A stretch of DNA of 64,000 bases from Phallusia mammillata (GCA_965637545.1 OZ281498.1:5518001-5582000); one strand, 5' to 3'; counted from the stretch's first letter, positions 24,225 to 44,829 are shown. The notes: generated by a model not told the origin, from the letters alone. A program made the numbers and translations.

Positions 24225-27200
24225 ATGTGGCCCGAATACATTAGTGTTTTCTTGCATCTATTTGTTTCTGTTACTTTTGCGGTCAAACCTTTGCTGAAGC
24301 GTGACGACGGGGGAGCCCCGGTACAGGCGGTGACGTGTAAGTTTTCAACTTATATTGATTTCTATAAAAAAATTATTTATTTAACTGAAAGTTGGTCTTT
24401 AGATACATACACTCGCTTCAGTGGTGAAACATTTTTTGTTAAACTTCGCGCACCGGCATCAAGCTGATTATTATTATTACAAGTTTCTAAACTTACTTTG
24501 ACCTTTGTTTTGTTTGCTTGTTTCATTAAAAATGGCTTCCGCAATCCTAAGATTGCAATAGCATTAAACAACATATTAGCTAATAAAACTACACCGTAGA
24601 AAATGCTCATAAAATTGTAGCTGAAGCAAAATATCCAACTTGGTAGACATTGCGTGACAGCACAATAGATTGTGCCAATTCTGATTCAATTGGACTAACT
24701 AACAGCTTTTTTCTCGCAAACTAAAAATGCGCGAGTCACTTATTTCAAGGATAAGGCGTTAGCGTGCAAGTTTTTTTATTTTTCGGGTGTGGAGTTTTTA
24801 AATTCTTCTGGTTGGCAGGGTTTTGTGTTCAACGCGTGGAAGCAGGAGCGAAATGGAGAAACTTTCACAGCCGAGGTTACCCTAAAGCGCTTTACGTGAA
24901 GGATTCGCGATGTACATGGAGGTAAAGTAAACACGAATGCAACAGATTGCCACAAAACGTACCAAGCATATGGTGATACCGAACACGGCTAGTGTCTGTG
25001 GTTTCAACACTATTTGAGTTATATCGGGTAGATTAAAAACAGCCAAAATAACTTCACGTTATCAAAAAGTCATCGCCGCCTGCGGCAAGACATTGTAATG
25101 CCATAATAATATTTGAATAACATCAAGTAAATTAAATATATTTTTAAAGATTTACAGATAACTGCAAAAGTGTCGTTTTTTCTCATTTTTATGAAACGTT
25201 GGTTGCTGTTTGGCTAAATCTGAATTTGATAATAATATGTATTAATATATATTTCAAAACATATGTCAAAACAGTAATATATACATTAAAGCTGTTTGGC
25301 TTAATTTGATACATTTTCTATAGATTGCAGGCCGCCAAAGGTCAACGAGTTCAAATTGCTTTCAAAGGATTAGATTTGCATGCAGATGATCCTGCTCACT
25401 GTGCTTCCGATTATGTTGAAATCATTGATGAAACCATCGGAGTGTCACAAGCAAAGTTTTGCGGGAAAAACACGCCTGGTGACATTGTATCGCAAGGTAT
25501 GCCAAATCGAGGCCTGTTAACTGACCCTGGCTTATAAGATTGTAATCATTTGTTGGTGCAGGTCGTAAATTACGGATTGACTTTCAAGCACAGCCGGGGA
25601 GGAGTAATATGGCCGGGTTTATGATTAGCTTCAAGGCGACAACCAAAAAGCCTGGATTTTACGGTAAACTGTTTTCTGTGCACCAAACCTATACACAATA
25701 CCTTTTTAAGTTGTACTTTCTGTATAAACGAGGTTACCTGAAATTTTGGGGTTTAGATATGTTTGTTGGCACGAAAATGTAATCAAAATTCCTTTCAGAA
25801 ATTCCTCATATTGTATACCAACGGCTGGATTCGGAAGTGTTAAATTAATATGCCTTACTATAAAAGTGTATCAACGATTGGTTAAGCATTGCTCTTTTAC
25901 ATGAAATGAAAGAAATTTGTTTTTGTATTAGCAAAAAAATCCTTTGAAACTCCTGTCACACAACGTCCGAAGAAGACATCGAAGAAGAAGAACACCCATA
26001 CAAGTAACAGAAACTTAAATTCTCTTAACTTTATCCTATGCTCTGCAAACTTTTCACCCTGATTCGTGCTTAGATAATTTAAACAATAACAACTACAACG
26101 ATGGAAACACCAATAGTCAGTCTTCAAGTATGAGCACTGTTCACATCGTGGGACTGGTCATAGGATTGCTGATTGCATTGGCTATCGTGATTTTCATCGT
26201 ACGGCACATGCACAAAAAACGAAGAAAAAAGAAGAAAATGAATAAAGAAAGCGCAAGCAATCAAGTCACCAAGTTTACTGATCTTGATCCCAATTTGCCA
26301 CATGTAAGGTCTGCAAGTATTAATTAGTTGAGATTAATTTAACTCAAAGCCTTCAAATTACCCTTGATTTGAATGGACACAAAAAAAATATTTACTTATT
26401 TCTGAAACAGAATGAAGTAGATCCGTTTGAAAGAATCGACATGGCTTGTGGACCCGCCCCATCAGCTCCTGATCTTCCTCCGCCTCCTTACGAACACAGA
26501 CACGAAACGTTTCGACCTCCACCATATCCACCTACCACTGACCATCACTTTAAACCAACGGAGTTGCCAGAGTCACGCAATTTCTCATGGAACCAGCACA
26601 AATATAACAACATTAAGAGGCGAAGCACTCATGAAAAGCACGGTCCGGAAAATACCATTCCGATCTACAGCAACGAGATTGAAAACGCTGTGGACGTGCC
26701 CCGGCAGAATAGACACAGGCCAGGCCGAACTATTTCCTGTACGCAGCCTCCGATGCCACACAGAAATGGTTTGTTAAAATCAAGAGACAGAGACTCGAAT
26801 GGTGATAACCGTCCACCACCCTTGAGAGCTTACCCGAAAACCCTTTCACACAAAGTTTCGCAACAACGTGGTAAGTGCGATGTACGTTGTAGAAACTGGC
26901 GTAAAAGTTTGGATTAGCAAATTGTGTTACAATGTTAGCTAAACGAATACCCAACCTGTAGCTATAATGTTAAGGTACATAAATGCAAGTACATTTTCCT
27001 CATAGGTTTTCTGATCTAGATTACTCCCAAACGCCACAAAATAATTGTTTGTTTATTTTACAATTGCCTGCAAAACATTCCGACTGTAGCACCATGTCGT
27101 ACTCCATGCCCATTGATTGCATTATACCGAATCAAGCCGTTCTCCCAAGCAGGGCTGATCCCAGTACGTGTGATGTTTACCGCCTTAGATGTAGCACCAT

Positions 27201-27476
27201 GTGTGCTTTGTTTGTCATTTTCACTGTTTTGAAGATAATGTGATTCTTATTTAAACTACAGATACGCAGGATTTGGTACACAAAAGTGGCACACAAAGTC
27301 TAAGCCACTTGAGACGTTTAGAAACCAGAGTCACATCTCGTCATCCCCAACGTCGAACTGATGAACATCATTCAAATAGAAACGGAACTGGGGCGGTTTC
27401 GTCACATCACGAGTCGACAACGAGAGTTGAAAATGGCCGACTGCCGTCCCGAATGACCAATCCGAGTCGCTTTTAG
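24225..27476 (+). CDS. Type I membrane protein: signal peptide, single CUB domain, TM and PPxY-containing tail, ~464 aa
   Basis: Exons 24225-24336, 24819-24921, 25324-25496, 25562-25663, 26074-26303, 26411-26870, 27262-27476 (1395 nt). CUB motifs FHSRGYP..CTW, CASDYVEI, FCG and GF are present; the TM is IVGLVIGLLIALAIVIFIV, followed by HKKRRKKKK. The last exon is less certain. Confidence 0.85.
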
Positions 27477-27589
27477 ATTCCAAATGGGAACCAAAACTTA
27501 GAACGATAAACGTTAAACTAGATAGACGGTCATCCAATGCATCGTTCAGTTCAGTTCCGATACCTCCTAAACGAAGCATTGTCGTAGTG

Positions 27590-27908
27590 CAGGGGTGGGC
27601 AACCTGAGGCCAGCGGGCCAAATGTGGCCCTTGATTAAAGGTTGTGCGGCCCGCAGAGACGCTTGGATTTCAAATGTACTGACAAACGAGTCCAACTACT
27701 GTATATTATTGAGAAGATTATTGCGCCCTGTGCTATTTTTCTGCGACCAGGCCATATGTGGCTAGAATCAAATGCGAATTTTACTTGTAGTTAAGCATAT
27801 TTGGTAAGCAACAAAGTAAAATCACCTTGTGTTGTACACAGGTGCGGGCCGCGGTCTAATCGTGGTAATTGTATTTGGCCCCACAGTAACAAAGGTTGCA
27901 CACCCCTG
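27590..27908. mobile_element. hAT-type MITE, 319 bp
   Basis: TIRs CAGGGGTGGGCAACC / GGTTGCACACCCCTG; TSD TCGTAGTG vs CCGTAGTG (7/8). A second copy is at 43945-44234. Confidence 0.85.
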
Positions 27909-27913
27909 CCGTA

Positions 27914-27965
27914 GTGGTTTGGTTTGGTAAGAAAAATCTGTGGTTTGGTTTAGTAAGAAAAATCA
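27914..27965. repeat. Two-copy 26-bp tandem duplication
   Basis: GTGGTTTGGTTTGGTAAGAAAAATCT followed by GTGGTTTGGTTTAGTAAGAAAAATCA, adjacent to the MITE TSD. Confidence 0.8.
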
Positions 27966-28506
27966 ACTGTAACTTCAAACTATATGATGTGTTCAATGTC
28001 CTGTGTAATATGTACCAAATGTGTAAACCGCCAGTGTTATCAACGTATCTTTAATATCGTCGCTATCCATTTAACCTTTTATAGCTAGTCCGTCGTAAAT
28101 ATCTGCTGCAAAATCACGTGATATACTTTTGCTAAACAGTTCACAAGCAATGTAGCTGTAATAGCTTTTGCAGATTGCATTGGTTCTGTTTTCAAGATTT
28201 GTTGGAATTAAAGTTTGCAACAAGAGCCAGATGAAGAGAGTTTTATATCAGTTGTTTGAACATAATCTTGTAACAACGACCATAATCTGGTGTCGTTTAC
28301 CGCGCTTTGGTAAACACAGCATCCAACGGCACATCTGCAAGGCTGTCGGCGCAATATGCCCCAAACAGTGTAATCAATTCAGCTTTATAGTGTGTCTGCA
28401 CACTGAAAACACTTTAGTGTCTCACCAGTAGCGTTTTTGTTTGAAGCCAGTCAGTGAGGCAGGATTTTGTTTTTGTTTAAATAGTGAAAGTAACTAAGCT
28501 GCTAAA

Positions 28507-29954
28507 ATGCGGGTAGTGGTAGCCGGTTTGTACAAAACTGGTACAAAGACTTTAAAACAAGCACTTGAAACACTCGGTTACAATGTTTGGGATGTCTCAG
28601 AACAACTGAATGCTGTGTGTGGTGGCCCAATGGCTTGGGAAGATTTGCTTCAGACAAATGCAGATCCTATCGTCCAGTTACAAAAGGTAAGTATCACAAA
28701 AATGTTAACACTTTTAGAGGAACTAATGCAAAATAGAATTAACTTGTCTTGGCCTTCAGCATCAGCAAACAAGGCGTCAGATTTAGCAGTATAAAGATTT
28801 TGTATGGCTTTAATGTGTTAGGTAGTAACTGCCCAAACGTTTATTTCCAAGTTGAAAGTTTTTTATTTTCAAAAGTTTTGTAAGAATTGTTTCGAATTGC
28901 CTACAGCTTTATTTTGCACTTATATTCGAAATATTGTGAAAACATTTTTTCACTGTTTTCTTTTTTGTTTTTAAAAGATGCTGCAATACTGTGATGCTGT
29001 TACCGATGGACCAAGCGCCGTTCTTGCCCCAGAAGTTGCCCAAGCATTTCCTGAGAGCAAGGTTTGTGTGAATGAAGTGTTTTTGTACAGTCAAGGCGAC
29101 TTATCTTGCTATACCCAAGAACTTATTGTACAGAAATGTTAAAAGGGTTTGCAAAAGGGGTGAAAGGCATTTGATGGTTATACATTTTACGAGGAGTATT
29201 TTTTGGTTGGCACAGGTGGTCTTGTGTGTAAGGGACAATGAACATGTTTGGTACAAGAGTTATGAGAAGAGTCGCGATGTAAGTTATTGGTTTTTAGAGT
29301 TTTAGCCTACTTTGTTTTGAGTTTATGATGTACTGATCAATCATCTATTCACGAATTTTTTTAAGCAGATGTACGAAACTTTAGCGCTAATAATTTTCTG
29401 ATCGCAATTGTACCTTGATTTGTTACGCAAAAAATATGTAAAAACTTTATTATCCTTATTTCCACTTTGACGCATGCCTTCGATTGCAGACGTTGAACTG
29501 GAACTTTTTCGTGCAGTTTTTTCGTCTTCTCTCGCACACAGCGCGTCGTCGTTACGAAATCATGCGCCTGGTCAATGACAGCTTATCTAGTGGCCGATTT
29601 TCCACAGGAGTGCATTCTCTTTCTTTTGGTCTCAGTTCTGTTTTATGCCAGCACGCCTACCTTGCCCATAACGCTCTAGTCGAAAAGCAAGTGCCAGAGA
29701 ATCGATTGCTTAAATTCAATGTTAAGGAGGGATGGAAACCCTTGTGCGATTTCTTGGGTCACGAGGTTCCATCTGTACCCTTTCCTCATGCCAATCGTGG
29801 AGCATTTAACGCCTCCTTACCTGGTTTTCTGGACTACATGCGATACAACTCGGCTAAAGACACCCGCAACAAAGTCTTCATGGAAACAGCTTTTGCCTTG
29901 ATGGCTATCGCTACCACGTTTTTGGCTCTGTATATTGCCTTTCACTTAAATTAG
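28507..29954 (+). CDS. Sulfotransferase-like P-loop protein (Sulfotransfer_4-type) with a C-terminal hydrophobic anchor, ~263 aa
   Basis: Exons 28507-28686, 28978-29061, 29216-29278, 29490-29954 (all phase 0, 792 nt). Motifs VVVAGLYKTGTKTLKQALETLGY, DAVTD, FPESKVVLCVRD and RLLKFNVKEGWKPLCDFLG..VP..PFPHAN. Confidence 0.85.
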
Positions 29955-30046
29955 TTTTCAAGCTGTGTTTCTTGTATTTGCTTCAATGTAGTTTACATAT
30001 CGCATGGACAGATTGTTAGAAATCAAAAACGCTTTGCAAATAAACA

Positions 30047-37444
<7,398 letters not shown>

Positions 37445-38742
37445 CTTTCTTTCCTAGAAGGATTAAAATCTTTAGTAAAACGGCCTTAAACTATCGTGCC
37501 TAATTATATCTGTACGCCGCACTTCATATTTTTTTGGAAATCTTTTCTTTACAGATTGTTTTCCTGTTCGCCTGTGACCCTTTTTGCCTAAAAAGAGTCA
37601 TGAGCTTTTGCATAAAATCTGGTTGTTTTTCTGGGCTAATTACCAAGTAGGTTTAGAATCTACTGGCAAACACAACAACTTCGCTGTTTCGCTGTGTTTG
37701 CAACCTAGTAACCGCTACTGTTTGTGAAGACTACGGGCTTTCACGCGTCAGCAGTTTTGAGGGCTGGTGACAACACACGCTACAAGGCTAATTGATAGTT
37801 GCTGTGCATGCGTCGGTTAACAATTTTGTACGCTTTTTTAACTGGACCTCAAGCCCACTGCAGGCAGTTGCTTGAATGGCAATGTCATTTAAGTAGCATA
37901 TACTTCATGTACTAAAAATCGTTTTGTTGCAGGCATCGTTTGCGTTCCGTTATAACATATAGTACGCAGTAGCATTTGTTTTGAAGTGGATACTTTTTTG
38001 TGCACACGAACAACTCCCCTCCCTGTTCCTTGTTGGTCTCGTATGGAAGGGACGAAATCAATAATTATGACAGCAACTAAAAATGTTTCAGTATGTTTTT
38101 TTTCTAATTGGTAATAAAAGTGATGCATTAATAACAAAATTTTCATGTTCTGGTAGAGCAGACCTTGCAGAAACCAGTTGTGTATGCTGCCACCAGAGAT
38201 TCTCGTTATGCTGCTGTAGCGTTTATTAGGCACCACTGCCGGTACGCGTATCACAGTTGTAAAAAGCACTGTGGTACAATATACACGAGTAATCACTATT
38301 AACGTATTCAAATATAAACGCACATAATATTTCAATAATACAAATAAAGTTTTAGAGACAATATGTTGTGATGTTGAAATTTCAGCGATAGCGCAGTACA
38401 CCTCTTGAGCTACAGCCGTACATGTAGTACTTGCAAATTATATTAACTGTTACCGTTTTCCAGTCAGAAGAACCCTGTACCTTCCAGATATTGGCCTACA
38501 TCCTCTTGCTTGGAATATTTAGATTCATGAACTGCGTACCTTTGTTAGCGCTTTCACTCAGCAAAAACTCAATTTGTAATAATAAACTCTGCCGTTTGCA
38601 AAGCTTTTCATATGGATAAAACTTTGTCAGAGTAAATTTCTTAGCCAATAGCTTATTTTAACTCGTTCATTCGGAAACTTGGTTCCAGCGTACAAAACAT
38701 CTCACGCGAACTATTGCCAATGGTTCATGCTCCACGGAACGA

Positions 38743-41610
38743 TCATTCGATCTTCGTCAACAAAACTCTGGGCTTTGGTTTGATTAATAGACTGTCTGTT
38801 TGTCGCCAAAATTTTTGACTTTCGGAGAGCTGCTTCCTTGTCTTCACAGGTTTCATGGCATCGCTATGATTCCACACGTATGTGTCACCTTTTGCCCGTT
38901 GTTCAGGATCTTTGGTATCAAATTGTCGCATGGACGTAACTGGAAAGCTTCCAAATGATTCCTGTGCCATGGGTAAATCTAACAAACACAGCAAAATACA
39001 TATTATTCATGCATAACTAAACCCGTAAAATTGTGGTATATTGGGGCATTCTTACAATTAGGACACCCACGAATCCAGATCCTAGATAATCCGAAGTAAT
39101 TTAACAAATAAGCAATCTGGTTTATAGGTTTGCTTAAAGATCTACAAAATGAACGGCTTTAGGCAACAAATCAATGCATACCCGGTGCGCATGCATATTC
39201 GCCTCAATAGTTAAAGTAAAAATACGAAGTCACATAGCTGGAAAAAATCTAAGCTCTAACCCACCCCGATAGGCTCGGCCCGACTTACAACACTCAATTG
39301 CTATTGATTGACAACTATACAAATCGACATTTTCTGAACCTTTTTACCTGCATCAACTCCATGACCTCTGACCTCATTTTCCGTCCCATCTCCTTTCTCT
39401 GTAATTTCTTCCAACAGGGAAATCCGTCTGTGTATGGGCGAGCGAATTCTCCTGGCAGCAAGGGCTTCTTGCTCCCTCTGGTGGTAGTCGGCTGATATCT
39501 TACGGTAGTAGTTGGAGTTGGGATGAAGCGATCGCTTAATTTGCAACGGCGGCAAAACCAGTCTTCTCGGCTGTTGCATCGGTGGGTAGGATGCGCTGAG
39601 CTGTTGACAAAAGTAGTATATTGCATTGGTTTTAAACGAAACGCTTGCTAATGTGTAAAGCTTATGTATTGTGAATTATCGAACTGCGCAAACTTTTTTA
39701 AGACAGTGATCATTTCTCGGTGTTATTAGATCCAATAAAAAACAATTGTGGTAAGTTTTATGTAGGTTGAATTGACCAGAGATGTAATCACAGCCTAACA
39801 TGTGGATGCGAACCCAAATTTGTTTTATGAATAGCAAAAATAGGCCTAAAAATGTGATAAGTCAGGCACGGCTATACCCGGCAGGAGCCCGATATTAGTG
39901 GTCCGGCCCAGTTCTAAAATCAAAATTAGATCACGTAAATGAATTTAAATCAATAAAAGTTTGTTACAGTTTGATACAAACCAGTTCAGGGGTGGCGTAC
40001 GATCCATAATTATGACCTGTAACCTCTCTGATGTCATCAAGATTTGCGACGTCGTGATGCGATTTGTTCCAAGTATTAATGGGCTTACGTTCCTCGATCT
40101 TGTACAGCTTGAAACAAAAACACATTTAAACTCTTAGATGAATACATCGACTACATGGTCGAGAGGCGATCCCCTATAACAGCATACAAGGCAGGCAACG
40201 GTGCTGGTGATTCGACTTTCGGCGGGTTCACCACTGAGCTACACAGGCTTACGAAAATAGTCCTGAAAGCACTCCTGTCGTGAGGTTGAATCCAACCGCA
40301 GGCTAGATTCACGTCTTGCCCTATTGGAATGCTTGGGAGACCAGTTTGATTCAAAAGACGCCTTAAATCGACCTAGCGTACCTTTTTAACTCAAAATCCC
40401 CTCTAAACTGTTGAGCCTGAACATTAGCTTTGTAGCTAACAGATGCTGTAAGACACACATTTACCTGTAAAATATCTTCAGCAAGCTTTCCGGCATGATT
40501 CGGACTTATGTCCCGTATTCTTCCATCTCGTTTTCCCTGAAAAAAACAACATAATTTTTCAAAACATAGTTGTAAAGCGAGGCTGAATTTAGGCCAGGGG
40601 CACCGAAAGTATATAAGCCCGAAGTCAGACCCAAACTTGATAGATTTTAAAAACAAAGCCCGAATTGGGCTCCACAGTTGGTGAAAAAAGTGGTGCTGAG
40701 TGTAAAGCCCGAATGAAGCAAGTTTCTCAAATCTCAATCCGAATCTAAACCCGACCCGACTAACGGCTTACAACTCTATCTCAGGCGCACAGTAACCAAT
40801 AGGTTCCTATTCTCATACCTGCTCCAGTTGAATTCTTGCTTTTATTTTTCGTCGCTTTGCGGGGTCGCGAATGCGCTTGTACTTCTCGCTTTCGGCCTTA
40901 ACCTGCTCCACTGTGGCACCACCGTAGCGACCCAGGTTAAGAAGCGGTCTTGTGTCCTCGTGAAACTTGCTTTGCTCTCGTACCGACTTAATGCGACGAA
41001 GCAATGCAATCTGGAATGCCTTGAGCTCGTCGTTGGAGTTTGTCATGTGATTGTTGTTTCTGCAAGTTGTTAACTTGTTATTGTCCGAACAGAAATTTTT
41101 AACGTAGCCTACTGAATAAGGACTCTTAGCTCCAAATGTATGACTTTTGTAGAAAATAGGCGCTGCTCTTGCTCGAGTAGTTGGGCTTCGGAAAGTTATC
41201 ATGATTTCTTTTTCCGCAAAAACTACGTTTTGCGCTTTAATTTACACAATTTGAGAAAAGAATTTTACAACAAGTATGTCAAATACCGCGTTTAAGGCAG
41301 TGTGCTGAGTAAGCCGCAGTTATTTCGAAAAAAATCGCACAAAAGATCTTGTCAAATTGTGGTAGGTTATAGTCTCAAAACATATGTTTAAAAACTTTAC
41401 AATGATTTAAATCGCGCAGAAAACTCTTTATTTTTACCTTTCCAGCTTGTGGTGTTCGACACTGCGGTCATTTTCTATCTGTCGCTTCAGAAAAGTCAAT
41501 CGCTTGTTTTCAATTTCGTTGATAACTGTAGTGAATCTTCTGCGCTTTGTGTTTTGCTTGTAAATGTTCGCAACCCTGCCACCCATTGACATCGACAATG
41601 CGTCGGCCAT
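38743..41610 (-). CDS. Uncharacterised basic protein with a predicted N-terminal coiled coil, ~300 aa
   Basis: Exons 41438-41610, 40819-41059, 39348-39600, 38743-38978 join in phases 2/0/1 with canonical GT-AG (903 nt). The protein reads MADALSMSMGGRVANIYKQNTKRRRF...LLTKIE; no family recognised. Confidence 0.7.
40187..40365 (+). mobile_element. Diverged tRNA-derived SINE copy
   Basis: ACTCCTGTCGTGAGGTTGAATCCAACCGCAGGCTA and the tail ACGTCTTGCCCTATTGGAATGCTTGG match the copies at 56800-56900 and 18200-18780. Confidence 0.6.
40567..40778. mobile_element. GCCCGA-family MITE
   Basis: Ends TAGTTGTAAAG / CTTACAACTCTA with internal GCCCGA and CCCGAC repeats. Confidence 0.55.
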
Positions 41611-42983
41611 TTTTGCAGTTTCTTACGTTACAGTATAAATTTAAATCCTATTTAAGAGGCAATGTACATAACATGTTAAAAATGGGATGTTTATGTCTAT
41701 ACACCCTGGCCAACTTCCAGAACTGAGTGCTAGAAATTGCCTACGAAGAGCCAAATAGGCTACGTTCAAATCAAAACACCTTTTCTGACATGAATCATTC
41801 TGACGCACTACAGTCTGTCTCTATCAAAACATATGCAGTTGTGGTCCCACCATTTCAACACAACTATTCTTTGTCTCCTTGTAAACTTCTCCAAAGTAAA
41901 TAAATGTCGGACTTCCTGCAGGCCACAATACCGCCTTATATCACCTTTCGCCATTGTGTTTTTAATTAAACATTATTTAATGGCATATTGATTTCAAAGA
42001 GCTGTGACGGTCGCACGATCTTACGCGACCTTGTTCAGTCTATTCAGGCGCTATATGACAAGCTTCGGGTACACAAGTGGCAACTATTTTCAGGCACATT
42101 GTAATCAATATTGTTTGTTCACAAACGTTTATAAAAACATAATGTGCCTTTGCTCTGTAGAACAACTGTTCAAGTGTCACTTTGCTTAGAAACGAAACGA
42201 CAAAGAGGGAAAACAAAAACCTCTTATATTATATCGTGAACAATCTTTATCGTCACTATCAGAACTTAGTTTTTCCCACCATTTTTGTAGAAATATAGGC
42301 TAACTAAGCTACATTGTGTCTTTGTTTGCTGACACTGCACATGTGTAAGCAACATTCTACTAAATCTGACGTCTCAAAGACTATTTTTCTTTTTACCGCT
42401 TGTTGTGCAGTTGTTGTTTCTCTTCTAAATTTTATCAGCTACGAAGCAGTTAATATATATGTGTAAAAAGGCATACAATACCTAAAGTTTACATCACAGT
42501 GTAATGGGTCACTCTGCCCTTTATCGGATCAGATTGCAGACGAAACATACGTTCAATAGAAAACAGCAGCACATTATCATGTTTCCTAAACAAAGCGTAG
42601 CGAAAGTAATTGACCTCGACGACTTCTGTAATGCTTTGGAAATTTCTGTCGTGACCAGAAGTGGAGAATTGCCATGGCTTGCACAAAATAAAAGAAATCT
42701 TAATAAATTGTGCCCCAAAATTTTTCAAAATAGAAACTTAATTCAACAACTTTTTAGTTTTTTCTTCAGCGTAGGTGACTAAACAAGTTTCCCTTAGAGA
42801 TAGAGTCTCTTATAAACATTATTTTTAAGTATTTTTGCCACTAGATAAGTAAACAATGAAACGTCAAGCAGTCATGAAATTTAGCGATCATTCTTGCTTC
42901 AATACCAGTAACTCACTTCATGTTGGTTGACTATTTAGGAAATAACTATACCCACGTTTGTATTAATTAAATATGGTTACTAT

Positions 42984-43313
42984 GGTAGAGCTACTAACAC
43001 CATACGTTTCTCCTGATCCAAAAGTGCTTAATTTTCGATAGGTGGCGTAAAGAGCTGAATTATTTATTTAGCGGCTATAAATGGGTTGGGCTGGGAAATA
43101 TTTACATAAAATTTTTACATTAGTAATTAATTTTTTGGGTTAGTTTTATTGAATTTTAAGTGCTAACACCTTACCCCAACCCTAATAGCCCTAACCGTTA
43201 GCATTTTTTGAGATATACCGTTTTAAATGAAAAAAGTGCTCTTTGCGCCACCTGTCGAAAATTAAGCACTTTTGGATCAGGAGAAACGTATGGTGTTAGT
43301 TAGTAGCTCTACC
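42984..43313. mobile_element. Non-autonomous DNA transposon with ~70-bp TIRs and a 9-bp TSD (Mutator- or Merlin-like)
   Basis: TIR GGTAGAGCTACTAACACCATACGTTTCTCCTGATCCAAAAGTGCTTAATTTTCGA... at both ends; perfect TSD GGTTACTAT at 42975-42983 and 43314-43322. A decayed relative lies near 59290-59350. Confidence 0.85.
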
Positions 43314-43944
43314 GGTTACTATTTATAAAACTATAGAAATCAGTTTAAAGCGTATTTTACATCAGGTAGAGCAGAGGTACCGTCCCAGGTTCCGAGGTTA
43401 AAATTACAACAAATAACAGCCCTAAAGCAATGCTAAAGTGCTAACTTTATGTGGTAAGTTTTTTGTACGGACATTGATTGCTTTATTTTTAAATCGCGAC
43501 CCTATTTCTTGTCCTAAAACAATGTTACCATAGAAATTGATGATCTTTATTAAATGCCGCTTGTACATTTTGCTTTCGTCATGGTCGGGTTAACCCAGAT
43601 GTTTGAGTTCAGTTAGTTGTCATTAAAATTTATAAACAAGAAGAATACAAATACCCGATCAAAGCAGTATTTAACCAGCAGCAACAGGTATTGTAACTTT
43701 TTTATGTTTTTATTTAATCTGTAGTCAACAATGTTGCTTTTTGAATATTCTTAGTTCTCACTCAAGTTACACGTGCCCCGAACACAAATATTATTTTAGA
43801 TTTGCTGGTACACTTTTATTTTCTCAACACACACAACTGCATAATTTTTGTGTTTGGATCAGTGTGTCAGGAAATTTAGCTAATCTGACCATGATTTTTG
43901 TTCTTTATACATTTGTGCATGTGGTTTTATAAAATGCCTTACAG

Positions 43945-44234
43945 CAAGGGCGTGCAACCTGCGGCCTATTTTAGTAAAGGTTGTGCGGCAAGCAGAGATG
44001 CTTGGATTTCAAATGTACTGGAAAATGAGTCAAATTATTTTATATTTTTGAGCAAATTATTGTAACCCTTGCTATTTTTCTGTGATCTGATAATAATGCA
44101 GCAAGAACCAAATGCAAATTGTACTTTTGGTATGCAACAAGGTAAAGTCACCTTGTGTTATATGAAAGTGCTACCTGCGATCTCATCATAGTAATTGTAT
44201 TTGGCCCAACTGTGGCAAAAGTTGCACACCCGTG
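43945..44234. mobile_element. hAT-type MITE, second copy of the 27590 family
   Basis: Shares the internal AAAGGTTGTGCGGC..GCTTGGATTTCAAATGTACTG sequence; ends CAAGGGCGTGCAACC / GTTGCACACCCGTG. Confidence 0.8.
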
Positions 44235-44829
44235 CTTTACTGAACTATGAAAAAATGAGATTTACAGTAGAAAGTGTGATTTAGTTGTAAAATGCTTTTA
44301 AACGGTTTGTTTGTACAATTGTATTTAAGTAAAGAGCAGAAGAAAGTTTTGGACTCATAGACTTGAAAATGGATATAAATGAAGGTGCCACTGCCAGTGT
44401 AGACCAACACAGCTTTAATGCTAAATTAACTTGCATGGCACTTGCATGTAAACTTTGCTTTCTAAATATACCTACAAATTCAAACACTTTCGGTGATCAG
44501 AAATCTTTTTCTAAGAATGCCAGAAAAAATTAAAAAACTTCCTAAACTCACAATAATACTTCTTGTAGGTTATGAAACCATAATTGTTCATGGATGTTAA
44601 CTTTGGCAGCTAACAAATATGTGTGCATTTAAAAAAGGCAAAAATTGATGTGTACTTTGATTAAAACCCTCTTTAAAATCAAATTAATTTGTTCATGCTA
44701 TAATAAATGAATGACTTTGCGAATCTTTGTAATAGAACAAACCTTAAATAACTGGATTCCTTTTTGGCCAATAAATTAAAGTGTGATATATTTCCCTACC
44801 TGTCATGTTTTATTTGTTGGTATCAACAG

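Noticed and set aside
37889-38401. 170-aa minus-strand ORF between the orphan and the protease
   Set aside because: No recognisable motifs or splice partners; AT-rich intergenic or UTR-like composition.
40151-40354. ORF as an extra exon of the minus-strand orphan
   Set aside because: It overlaps a SINE, and the flanking exons already join in phase without it.
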